A stretch of DNA of 64,000 nucleotides from a virus. The position numbers and the translations under genes were made by a program. The notes beneath the pieces were generated by a model, which was not told the origin of the DNA, made no database searches, and worked only from the letters and a program-made list of their open reading frames with translations. The stretch spans positions 32,001 to 96,000 of IMG/VR virus record IMGVR_UViG_3300015370_000011. One strand, 5' to 3'. Positions 9,780 to 19,016 of the stretch are shown one piece after another; the stretch's first letter is position 1; every line of letters begins with the position of its first letter.

Positions 9780-10439
9780 CTATCCCTCCCGTTTTTCTAA
9801 TACGAGTACTGGGTTTTCCACATTGCGCTTATCGCTAAGTATTTTGTATTTCTTTATATCTATATTAGAAATCTGAAAAGAATTAAACTGCACTCTTCTA
9901 TTCCAAATTTTACTGCTACTGTACGCATTTCTCAATTCACTCCTAATACCAAACATGAGTATGGCTTTTTTGGTTAAAAAGCTGCGTATCGAATCTAAGT
10001 ATGACTGTATCGGCCAATGAAATCCTATCGCTTTAAAGCTATAACATAAATCAATAGTATCCAACGGTGGAAGTTGGCCCATTTGCGCATTTAGTATCTT
10101 CATTTTATCGTGCCTAATACCATTGGTTAGACAGAAATCCTTAGTCGCTTTCAGCGAGTTATAATAATCCGTACCCAATACATAATGAATACCTGCTACT
10201 TGCTTATCCCCAGAATCCCCGTCCAATAAGTAAAAGGTAGAGTCCCATAAGTATTTTTTATACAAGTATACAGTAACTCTACCTATACCGCACCCTATCT
10301 CTAAACACGCTTTTGGTTTTATTTTGTCTAAAAACGTATTAGCTTCTTGTGTATCTCGGCATTCGGTATAGTCATCCAAATTATTGTTGCACTGAAGATT
10401 GGCGTATTTTTTTGCCGTGTTTGGTATACATATTTCCAT
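9780..10439 (-). CDS. Class I SAM-dependent methyltransferase
   Basis: CLEIGCGIGR motif I; IGFHWP. Confidence 0.75.
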   Translation of the reverse strand: MEICIPNTAKKYANLQCNNNLDDYTECRDTQEANTFLDKIKPKACLEIGCGIGRVTVYLYKKYLWDSTFYLLDGDSGDKQVAGIHYVLGTDYYNSLKATKDFCLTNGIRHDKMKILNAQMGQLPPLDTIDLCYSFKAIGFHWPIQSYLDSIRSFLTKKAILMFGIRSELRNAYSSSKIWNRRVQFNSFQISNIDIKKYKILSDKRNVENPVLVLEKREG

Positions 10440-11455
10440 CAGTGTACACCATTCTCATTGATAATTTTAAGAAGTTGCTGCGCTCTATTGGTGTAGGTAT
10501 GCTCAGTTAGAATTTTCTTTTGCCCATTTAAAGCTATACTTTTCCTAACCCCTACGTGCTTCAAATAGTAGTTAAATCTATGTTTGAAAGTGGGCCAATC
10601 TTCATAAAACGACAATTCCTTATTATGTGCAAACACCTGTTCAATACCCGGGTTATGATCTACCATTAAAAAGCCGCCAGTACCCATAACTAAAAACACC
10701 CGATCATTTAAATACATACGCGCTAAATTTACATGATTTGAAATATTAATTCTGGCTTTACTAAAGAGATTTGGTAAAGAGCGCCAATCGGTATGCATAC
10801 CTTTGTAGTACGGTTTTAGTTTTTCATCTCCTTGTATAAAAATAGTCCCATCAGATTTTTTTACTTGGTTATTACTAATCCATGTATTACTTCCGTATAT
10901 TTCCAAAGATAAACCTTGTTTTGCAATCCAAAGTAATATATCTTTTCTTGGTATGGCGGTGCATGCATATGGCGTGCCCACGAATATAACATCTATTTTA
11001 TCTTTTTCATTAATATTACATTCTTGCCTTACTTCGCTATCCCATGCAGGCCAGAACAAATAAGGCTTAATACCAGCTTTTATATACACATTAAATTTTT
11101 CTGTAGAGCAACTTAGTGCAATATCATATCCTCTATACATACCCAGAGAAATAAACTTAGGAATAAAAAAAGGATCATCTTGCGACCAGTAAATATTTAA
11201 CTTAGTTATTTTACGAATAGCTATATTAGTCTCCGGGCATATAAATCTACCCCATTTAAATCCTTTTGAACAGATATATACATCAGGCTTATGCTCTTTT
11301 ATTTGGTTTAGCAACACGTTGCTATATGTTTTCCAATCGGAATCAGATTGTATATACTGTACCCACGGAGCGGCACCCTGAACTACCTGATGTCCGGCTA
11401 TTCGTAGTGTATTTACCAACTGATGGTATCCGCCACCATTAAAGAATATTTTCAT
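10439..11455 (-). CDS. CgeB-like glycosyltransferase (GT-B, Glyco_trans_1_2 type)
   Basis: WSQDDP, DVIFVG, RINISNH, NDRVFLVMGTGGF, EHTYTNRA. Confidence 0.85.
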   Translation of the reverse strand: MKIFFNGGGYHQLVNTLRIAGHQVVQGAAPWVQYIQSDSDWKTYSNVLLNQIKEHKPDVYICSKGFKWGRFICPETNIAIRKITKLNIYWSQDDPFFIPKFISLGMYRGYDIALSCSTEKFNVYIKAGIKPYLFWPAWDSEVRQECNINEKDKIDVIFVGTPYACTAIPRKDILLWIAKQGLSLEIYGSNTWISNNQVKKSDGTIFIQGDEKLKPYYKGMHTDWRSLPNLFSKARINISNHVNLARMYLNDRVFLVMGTGGFLMVDHNPGIEQVFAHNKELSFYEDWPTFKHRFNYYLKHVGVRKSIALNGQKKILTEHTYTNRAQQLLKIINENGVH

Positions 11456-12163
11456 CTATATTCCTTTTGACTCAAATAGCTGTTTATTTTTACGTATAAG
11501 TGCGTGATTAAAATAGTTTTTATTCCTATCGTGCGGTAAATGAATCATAGATGTCAAGGTATCTACCCAAACAATTGATAATCCTAACGCCCTAGCCCGC
11601 AGCTCCAGATCTTTATCCTCATATCCCCACCCGTCGTATCGTTCATCGTGTCCACCAATCTGTCTAAGTTTATCGGTAGAGAAACACTGACAGCATCCCT
11701 CACCATGCGGCTCTCTTTGCGGATTCTTTTTTACCCAATTTAAATACATGTGGTATTTCATATTATTTATCTGATGTGGAGGAAAACTCGGCGGCTTTTT
11801 AGCAAAATAGGTTTTGCATTTAACAAATACGTTTTTATTGCTAGCATTAGATAAAATATTGAAAAAATTTGGTTGAAAGATCTGATCTATATCAGTCAGA
11901 CACGTAAATTCAGTTTTTACTGCATCTATACCTAAGTTTAATGCTTTAGCTTTATTAAACTTGGGGGCTACATCAACCCTAACAACACGCAACCATTTAT
12001 ATTCATTTTCAAGCTCTTTCATATTGATTGTACTGCCATAATCAATTAGTATGCATGGTACCGTTGGCGTACAGGCATTTATCGAGGATAAGCAATATGC
12101 AGAATTTAAGCGTCTATCCTTACAAGCAATTACAGCAGTGATTTTATTAGTTTTATTCTCCAT
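11456..12163 (-). CDS. GT2 glycosyltransferase with galactosyltransferase-like C-terminus
   Basis: IDYGS, FNKAKALNLG, TDID, GGHDERYDGWGYEDKDL, HLPH. Confidence 0.88.
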   Translation of the reverse strand: MENKTNKITAVIACKDRRLNSAYCLSSINACTPTVPCILIDYGSTINMKELENEYKWLRVVRVDVAPKFNKAKALNLGIDAVKTEFTCLTDIDQIFQPNFFNILSNASNKNVFVKCKTYFAKKPPSFPPHQINNMKYHMYLNWVKKNPQREPHGEGCCQCFSTDKLRQIGGHDERYDGWGYEDKDLELRARALGLSIVWVDTLTSMIHLPHDRNKNYFNHALIRKNKQLFESKGI

Positions 12164-12166
12164 TTA

Positions 12167-12778
12167 TTAGTACCTATATTTAAACTCTTCTATATCCTCA
12201 GCAAACATTTTCTTTACTAAATTTTTTGAATGCGAATTGTAATAAGCATTATAATGACGATGCGAAGTAATATTCTTTTTTACTAACACGCACGGAACGT
12301 TTATTATTTTACATATCTCTTCAAAATCTTTATTAAATTCTTCTACTCTTCCAATTTTATTGACTATTATATTACCAACGGTATCGATTATATAGTTTTT
12401 TTGTCCACCACGTATAGGAAATTCATATGTGTCCCATTTCAACATCCAAATAACAAAGGTATTAAAATTCATAGATTGGATTTTTTTATGTCTCGGATCT
12501 CTTCTGTCTCTTTTTATATAAAAATAGATAGATACAACCCAGTCCCATGGATTCCTAACAAATGCAAATGTAAAATATTCGTTCCATTTATTAACATATT
12601 TTATAGCGGTTCTAGCAAAAACGTGCTTTTGTAATTCCTTATTGCGTTGCTGTATTGAAAATGGATGTGCCCATACGCCTACTGTGGCATACGCACCTAA
12701 AACATGTCGCACACTCATACCAGCAGTCTTAGGAATATGTATAAACACAAATTTTTTTGTATCAGATATTATCATCAA
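12167..12778 (-). CDS. Sulfotransferase (Sulfotransfer_2 / HNK-1-like family)
   Basis: FIHIPKTAGMS (5'-PSB), FVRNPWDWVVS (3'-PB), EDIEEFKYRY C-terminus. Confidence 0.88.
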   Translation of the reverse strand: MMIISDTKKFVFIHIPKTAGMSVRHVLGAYATVGVWAHPFSIQQRNKELQKHVFARTAIKYVNKWNEYFTFAFVRNPWDWVVSIYFYIKRDRRDPRHKKIQSMNFNTFVIWMLKWDTYEFPIRGGQKNYIIDTVGNIIVNKIGRVEEFNKDFEEICKIINVPCVLVKKNITSHRHYNAYYNSHSKNLVKKMFAEDIEEFKYRY

Positions 12779-12832
12779 TTCTCCTAAGTGATGTATTTAT
12801 ATTAGTATCAGATAGGAAGCAGACAAATATGC

Positions 12833-13564
12833 TTATGCTATATTCGCCCTATTGCATAATTCATAGTACAAATTCATTGTCCTTTCAGATAAAGTATACG
12901 CTTCCGGTGTGCGCGCACTAGATCTATTTAATTTTACATCTGGAAAAACGCGATCTACGGGCGCGTCTAAAAAGCAAGATAATCTATTTATGCCTTCCTT
13001 ACATAGCATATATTCATAGGATACGTATAGCCACTCACCTTTTTTAGAGTGTATATTCAATACCCACTCATACATGGAACACCACACAGTTTCTGCCGTC
13101 ACATTATTAAACTCCAGTGTGCGCAAATATCTTGCTGTTTTCTTCTCTTTAATCATGCTTTTTATAGTACTGTGCGGGTGTCTAAATACGCACACAAATC
13201 TAGTATTAATTAGATAAGGATTCCATAGATGAAGCGTATAGCAGAACCGGGGGTCTTTGTAACAATAGTACTTTCTAGATGTCATTTTTCTAATTTTTCG
13301 ACGGATTTCTACATCACTAGTTATTAAACTAGACGTTGGTACCGCCGTAAGCCACCAATGCCCCCGTTCAACATCTGGATTTAATCGTCTTAAACTTGCT
13401 TCATTTATATCTAAATTTATAAACGCGCTCTCAAAAAACCCTTTTGGATTTGCCGGGCTCGGCGGTATCAAATCGGTTCCCATAAAATACTTGCCGTTGT
13501 TGAGGATACCCGCTACTAAACTAGTTCCACTTCTACCAGAACCAAGGATCATGCAATTATACAT
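12833..13564 (-). CDS. Sulfotransferase (P-loop, Sulfotransfer_1/3-like)
   Basis: ILGSGRSGTSLVAG, NPKGFFE, KDPRF, VFRHP...S, VSYE. Confidence 0.85.
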   Translation of the reverse strand: MYNCMILGSGRSGTSLVAGILNNGKYFMGTDLIPPSPANPKGFFESAFINLDINEASLRRLNPDVERGHWWLTAVPTSSLITSDVEIRRKIRKMTSRKYYCYKDPRFCYTLHLWNPYLINTRFVCVFRHPHSTIKSMIKEKKTARYLRTLEFNNVTAETVWCSMYEWVLNIHSKKGEWLYVSYEYMLCKEGINRLSCFLDAPVDRVFPDVKLNRSSARTPEAYTLSERTMNLYYELCNRANIA

Positions 13565-14455
13565 TTATACTCCAAAGATTATAGACAATCTTTGTAAGAA
13601 TTTATTTGAATCGACATATTTATTTATTGTGTTATTATGATACCATGGGCAGGAAAGCATGTGCATATATTCAGAATCATTTTTATCTATTGTTTCTATT
13701 CTTTCTATTAAATACCTAAACATATCGTTGGTCGATTTATGTGTTCTATCGTAGGTACTTATAAAACTATCCGTATTAAAGTCTAAATGGATTAATGGAT
13801 TACCCCAGTAGATAGGTATACAACCAGCTTTCATAGCGTGGTAAATTTTTTCAGACACATAACCTGGATATGATGAATTCTCAAACGCTATCACAAATTT
13901 GTACTCACTTAAATACTCCAACTTTTCATCATAAAAATTACCCAGACCGTACCTTGACTCATACGGGGTTTTATATTCACCTATTGGCTTACTATTATTA
14001 CAGCACATACCCGGCGCATCTACTTTTCTATATTTAGACAAAGCAACAAAAAATTCATCTCTAATAGGAACACAATGACTGTATATAAAAGCGCAAAATT
14101 TTCTCTTTTTAGTAATCATAAGTTTTGAATAATCGTCATTTTTAATCAAATCGACGCCAGCTCCATTCCTGACATAGCTAGGATGTCTCATATACCTAGC
14201 GTGGTTTACTTCCTCCTCATAATCTGTTCCAAAAGACCATTCACACCTGGTGTCTGGCCTCACATTTTCATAGTTGTAGTAAATCCTAGTATATCTACCT
14301 CTAGGAATTCGCAAACCGCAGAACATGAAATCTGGGTTATTAGAGTCCACCAAATTAAACCTATTAAAAACATGTGGCATTTTTTTAAAAAATTTTTTAA
14401 CATTCATGTCGTTGCTATAAACTTTTCTAAAACCGATTTTTATTGTATTAGGCAT
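13565..14455 (-). CDS. GT10 alpha-1,3/4-fucosyltransferase-like enzyme
   Basis: KFCAFIYS, YKFVIAFENSSYPGYVSEKI, GCIPIYWG. Confidence 0.92.
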   Translation of the reverse strand: MPNTIKIGFRKVYSNDMNVKKFFKKMPHVFNRFNLVDSNNPDFMFCGLRIPRGRYTRIYYNYENVRPDTRCEWSFGTDYEEEVNHARYMRHPSYVRNGAGVDLIKNDDYSKLMITKKRKFCAFIYSHCVPIRDEFFVALSKYRKVDAPGMCCNNSKPIGEYKTPYESRYGLGNFYDEKLEYLSEYKFVIAFENSSYPGYVSEKIYHAMKAGCIPIYWGNPLIHLDFNTDSFISTYDRTHKSTNDMFRYLIERIETIDKNDSEYMHMLSCPWYHNNTINKYVDSNKFLQRLSIIFGV

Positions 14456-15110
14456 TTGATTTTTCTATGAATTCCAACTTTTCATGTATATTTAAGCTTT
14501 CATTTTTATACAGCTCAATCAAACCCCAACCAACTAACGGATGGTATTTGGAAGTATGTTCCGTATACTTCGGATAATATAGCCTATATTTTGTTTTGGC
14601 GTTTATACTATTACGAACATACACATATGAACAAACGTGTTCGGCATATGTATCAAATTGAAACTGCTTTTTACCGGGTATCTGAAAATCATCTATAAGC
14701 ACAAATGCGTTGTTACATCGCGAAGTTATAAATGATATTTCAAAAAGGAGTGGCCACTCAAATCTTCCTCCATGTGCATCTAACCAGAACAACGTTGGGC
14801 TCTCGAACGAGAAATCTTTGTGCTTCAATAACGAATTAAAAAAAGTCCTGGAATCTGTGTTAAATACTCTAGCATTTTTCATCTTTTTTATATTATCGCA
14901 CGCTCGTTGATACTTTTCTTTGTCCGGTTCACAACTATAGCATTTTATGCGTTTATATGTGCTCGCAAAATAGCGTAAAGTGGCTGCGATATTAGTGCCA
15001 GTTTCAATGAATACAGCAACTTTATCAGCCAAAAAATCTACTAGTTCGAGTAGATACCTATCGCCATGAAATCCAATTGGTGGGTATACTGGTGGATATA
15101 TTGGGCGCAT
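14448..15110 (-). CDS. Putative SAM-dependent methyltransferase
   Basis: VFIETGT, YSCEPD, LFWLDAH, VLIDD. Confidence 0.7.
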   Translation of the reverse strand: MRPIYPPVYPPIGFHGDRYLLELVDFLADKVAVFIETGTNIAATLRYFASTYKRIKCYSCEPDKEKYQRACDNIKKMKNARVFNTDSRTFFNSLLKHKDFSFESPTLFWLDAHGGRFEWPLLFEISFITSRCNNAFVLIDDFQIPGKKQFQFDTYAEHVCSYVYVRNSINAKTKYRLYYPKYTEHTSKYHPLVGWGLIELYKNESLNIHEKLEFIEKSNA

Positions 15111-15130
15111 ACTTCCTCTAGTGCTTAATG

Positions 15131-15253
15131 TTATTGTTGAAGTACGGTATAATTGGGGTTTATTATATTACTCGTATTAGCCATATAAAAAAACTTGTCT
15201 CTATTTGCTATACAAGTACCTTGTCCTGGAGAAGCTGGGGATATTTTACTCAT
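15131..15253 (-). CDS. Small 40-aa ORF or gene remnant
   Basis: ATG overlaps TGA of upstream gene (ATGA); MSKISPASPGQGTCIANRDKFFYMANTSNIINPNYTVLQQ; fills the gap. Confidence 0.3.
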   Translation of the reverse strand: MSKISPASPGQGTCIANRDKFFYMANTSNIINPNYTVLQQ

Positions 15254-15960
15254 TTTATATATCCAGATTTGATTGGGTGTTCAGTATGAATTAATTGCTT
15301 ATGTGGGATTATTTGTGCGTTTTTAACAACATCAACATCTTCCTTTTTACAATAAAATACATTGTTTCCAGTTTTTCTGGCAAATAAATACGCGGCAGAT
15401 GCTAGATACTTTTGCAATTTTATTTCCCTATTTTTATCAATTGCTTCTAAAACAAGAATGCGTGGTTTATATTTGCATAGAGTAAATCCCCGCAGTACAT
15501 CCAATTCAGTTCCTTCGACATCAATAGATACCACATCAACTTTATGTATTCCTACTTCTTCTAGAATGGAATCTACAGTACGCATTGGTACGGGTATTTT
15601 TTTATACCCATAAAATGCTTTTGGATAGGCGCTTTTAAAATAGCTTTCCATAGAACCATCTAAAGTAGACAATGTGCCCAACTTATTAGCAAATAAGATA
15701 GCGAAATCTCTGTCTTGAAGAGAAACAGCAGCGTGTATCACAGTAGCAGTGGGTCTATTCTTTCTAAGAATGCTAATATAATCCGGATGTGCCTCGGCAC
15801 AAACACCACTCCACCCAGCTAATTCAAAGCTATATGAGTTACTAAATCTTTTTCCATCTAATGCACCAACATCTAAATACGTACCGATATATGAATTATC
15901 AAATATAGACCACAGTATACAATCTTCCCCGTTTTGCCCGTAGAATTTGTCTGTTTTCAT
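15250..15960 (-). CDS. FkbM family methyltransferase
   Basis: YGQNGED, YLDVGALDG..SNS, GWSGVCAEA, SIDVEGTELDVLRG. Confidence 0.92.
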   Translation of the reverse strand: MKTDKFYGQNGEDCILWSIFDNSYIGTYLDVGALDGKRFSNSYSFELAGWSGVCAEAHPDYISILRKNRPTATVIHAAVSLQDRDFAILFANKLGTLSTLDGSMESYFKSAYPKAFYGYKKIPVPMRTVDSILEEVGIHKVDVVSIDVEGTELDVLRGFTLCKYKPRILVLEAIDKNREIKLQKYLASAAYLFARKTGNNVFYCKKEDVDVVKNAQIIPHKQLIHTEHPIKSGYIK

Positions 15961-16793
15961 TTGTTCGTCCTCTTTTTTATGTGTTCTTTCTTAGAATCCA
16001 CCCGTATATCTCGTATATCTATGTAAGTTTGTTTATTCGGATTTCCTTTTTTAATTGCTAACAATCTATTATTGACTTTCATCGGGTTTTTATATGTGGT
16101 GAGCCACACATCTCTGCGTTCCCATAGCATATACTTTGAATATCCTTTTGGATGCCACATATGATATAAATTATGCTTAAATTTAAATTCTCTGCCAAGG
16201 ATCTTTAATGCTCTCCATGCTATATCATTATCATTTCCTCCCCATCCTAAATAGTTCTCATTATATTCACCAAGTTTGTTATAAAAAAAATTTTTTGTTA
16301 TACAAACGGCAAAACCAGCGTAATCTAATGTACCTGAACAGTATACTTCAGCATTCGATATGTACTCATTTTCTATGTCTTTATTGGTATGGACTTTATC
16401 TGAATTTTCTGGTGTTAAACAGTACATATTATTCCAAGCAATGAAGTATGGAGCATCGAAATTGTATACAGATTGTAGATAATTATCGGTGCACACTATA
16501 TCAATATCATAAAACAAAAATTTGTCTCCATCGGAAATGCGTGCGCCTACGTTTGCCATCCATGGTTGATTAAAATGGTTTTCTCCAGGATCTCTAATTT
16601 TTAAATATTTGTCTATACCGGGTACATTTTCGTAGAGCGGGCCACCAGTCCTGCTTCCACCGAGCATTGCGTCTATCTGTTCAATTAAAACAATTTCAAA
16701 ATCTTTCCAAGATTGCTTACGCAAAAAGGTAATACATGTTTCTACATGTTTTTTTCTATTTTCACCAGTTATAGGGATTATTACAGAAAGCAT
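15957..16793 (-). CDS. GT2 / galactosyltransferase-like glycosyltransferase
   Basis: LSVIIP, LIEQ, FNQPWMANVG, FYDID, YNENYLGWGGNDND, HMWHP. Confidence 0.85.
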   Translation of the reverse strand: MLSVIIPITGENRKKHVETCITFLRKQSWKDFEIVLIEQIDAMLGGSRTGGPLYENVPGIDKYLKIRDPGENHFNQPWMANVGARISDGDKFLFYDIDIVCTDNYLQSVYNFDAPYFIAWNNMYCLTPENSDKVHTNKDIENEYISNAEVYCSGTLDYAGFAVCITKNFFYNKLGEYNENYLGWGGNDNDIAWRALKILGREFKFKHNLYHMWHPKGYSKYMLWERRDVWLTTYKNPMKVNNRLLAIKKGNPNKQTYIDIRDIRVDSKKEHIKKRTNK

Positions 16794-17324
16794 TCAACGT
16801 ACTTTTTCTAACACGAAGTGTCTGCTATCTTTTATAGGAACTTGTCTGACTAGAACATTACTACTTATAAACTTATTCACAGCCTTTTTAACTTCCCAAT
16901 AATTGTAATCGTCCCCGACTAAGCATCCACCGGTTTTTACCTTGGTGACAAACATATTTAAATCATTCAAAACAAAAGCGTAAGAGTGATTACCATCAAT
17001 GTACACCCAATCAATGTATTCATCTTCAAACATATTTACTGCATTATGACTCATTTTTCTTATAATCGTTACATTACTACACAGATTAAATCGATTAATC
17101 ACGCTTCTGAAAACGGTATCCATATCCTCTTGATTTTTTGCTATTAATCCACCATAATATCTATCCGTGTACACGGGCATATACTCCCATGGGTCTATTA
17201 AAAACAATCGTTTTGGTTCCATTTCGTTCAATATTTGCTGGGAGAAACAACCATCCCATACCCCTATTTCGACGCATATAGGGTTTCTGACGTGATGTTT
17301 TAATATACCTTTCCTACAATCCAT
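16794..17324 (-). CDS. Class I methyltransferase (Methyltransf_24-like)
   Basis: VEIGVWDG, LIDPW, VYIDGNHSY, GGCLVGDDY. Confidence 0.88.
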   Translation of the reverse strand: MDCRKGILKHHVRNPICVEIGVWDGCFSQQILNEMEPKRLFLIDPWEYMPVYTDRYYGGLIAKNQEDMDTVFRSVINRFNLCSNVTIIRKMSHNAVNMFEDEYIDWVYIDGNHSYAFVLNDLNMFVTKVKTGGCLVGDDYNYWEVKKAVNKFISSNVLVRQVPIKDSRHFVLEKVR

Positions 17325-17326
17325 TT

Positions 17327-18229
17327 CTACTCACCAAAAATTTGGACGAATCTATTTAAAATTCTGTTTTTGTCAGTATACCGAGTAGGTTTATTGTCTG
17401 TATACCAGGGTTGCGACAAACATTTTATATATAAATCTGGATCCGTATCTAATTGAACAACTCTATCAATAACGGCATCTATAGATCCATAATCGTAGTA
17501 ATTAACAAAACTCGTGGGATTAAAATCTTCATTAACCGCAGGATTTCCCCAATAGATAGATATACAATTAGCCAAAAAGTCGTGATATATACGCTCTGAA
17601 GTATATCCCAATGATTCTTCATTTTCAAACGAAATAACGAACTTATACTTGCTTAGAAAATCAATTTTTAAATCATATTTGCTATAGAAATCATTTCTCA
17701 AATGCTGATCTAATTCGGTAAGTGTCTTGACTCCCCCAATCATTGGTACATTGTTAAACACTCTTCCTGGGGCGTCCACCTGCTTATATCTAGACAGCCT
17801 CTTGAAAAATTTATTTCGAAACGTAACTGAACCATTGCTGCATATAAATGCGCAAAACTTTGTTTTGCTAGCTAGTATGCTAGCTGCATTATAGCTATTA
17901 GACTTAATTAGGTTTTCACCAGCACCCAAACGCACATAGTTTGGCATTCGCATATATCGATCATTATTCGTTTCTTCTTCTAAGGCAAAACTAAAAGCCC
18001 AGTCACATTCAGGCATTATTGGTTTTATATTCTCTGTTCCAAAAAAGATACTAGTATGCACATTTTTTATCATATGTCTTTGTTTATGCTTAGAATACAG
18101 AATATACTTCGGCTTTTCTTTTATAAATGTATATTTATCCATAATGTATTTCATGTTTTGAAAAAAAATATTACTATCAACTTTTGGATGCCATACCCAC
18201 GTAGCCATATCTATCGTTTTTCTATGCAT
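17327..18229 (-). CDS. Second GT10 fucosyltransferase-like enzyme
   Basis: KFCAFICSN, YKFVISFENEESLGYTSERI, ISIYWGNP; clear paralog of 13565..14455. Confidence 0.9.
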   Translation of the reverse strand: MHRKTIDMATWVWHPKVDSNIFFQNMKYIMDKYTFIKEKPKYILYSKHKQRHMIKNVHTSIFFGTENIKPIMPECDWAFSFALEEETNNDRYMRMPNYVRLGAGENLIKSNSYNAASILASKTKFCAFICSNGSVTFRNKFFKRLSRYKQVDAPGRVFNNVPMIGGVKTLTELDQHLRNDFYSKYDLKIDFLSKYKFVISFENEESLGYTSERIYHDFLANCISIYWGNPAVNEDFNPTSFVNYYDYGSIDAVIDRVVQLDTDPDLYIKCLSQPWYTDNKPTRYTDKNRILNRFVQIFGE

Positions 18230-18917
18230 AATGATATAGCTTCCAGTGAGAAAACTTGGATCTAGAATTAAGTAAATAAGGTTTCCTACCGCGAAGCCAT
18301 AAAAAGAATATGAAAGATCTATAGATTATTCTGTCGAAATCTATCAGTTTTTTAGATGGATGCTTAGTAGGATCATACCAAAGCTGCTTATCAGGTGCCT
18401 CTACAGGTAACAAGTCCTTTGATTTTGAGTTGGATATAAATGGTACCTCCACTAGCATATCAAATTCTTTTACATTAAATTCTCTAAAAATTTTTATTAG
18501 TTGGTTGGTAGCCAATCGGGTTTTATGACCACATCCATCATACCAAAAAAATTTTAATTTTTTACTTAGCAGATAAGCATCAAAATCAAAGGATGGTCCT
18601 TCAATAAACACAAAATCAGTAGCTGTATTTAAAGCAGATTTTATAGAATCTTTAATTCCTTGCAAACTATCCAAGTGCTCCAAAAAATGACTCATAGTAA
18701 CGAATCTGACTGATTTTCTGGGTAGCACAACTCTAGTAACGTCCCCACAAATGCATTGTATTCCGGAATCAGATAACCTTTTCGATAAATCCTTATTTAT
18801 TTCAATAGCAAGCCCATTCTTGCCGCCTAATTTTTTGCGCGCAAAATTTATACATCCCCCTCGACCGGACCCGAAGTCAATGAAATCACACCCTTTTAGT
18901 ATCTTTTGTATATTCAT
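18222..18917 (-). CDS. Class I SAM-dependent methyltransferase
   Basis: FIDFGSGRG, MSHFLEHL. Confidence 0.8.
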   Translation of the reverse strand: MNIQKILKGCDFIDFGSGRGGCINFARKKLGGKNGLAIEINKDLSKRLSDSGIQCICGDVTRVVLPRKSVRFVTMSHFLEHLDSLQGIKDSIKSALNTATDFVFIEGPSFDFDAYLLSKKLKFFWYDGCGHKTRLATNQLIKIFREFNVKEFDMLVEVPFISNSKSKDLLPVEAPDKQLWYDPTKHPSKKLIDFDRIIYRSFIFFLWLRGRKPYLLNSRSKFSHWKLYHYA

Positions 18918-19016
18918 GTGATATCACCACTAGAATCACCCAGTTAAATATGTTATAAGTACCTTTTTCATGCTAAAAAGTACCACGATTCATTCGCTAT
19001 ATATTAACGATTGTTT

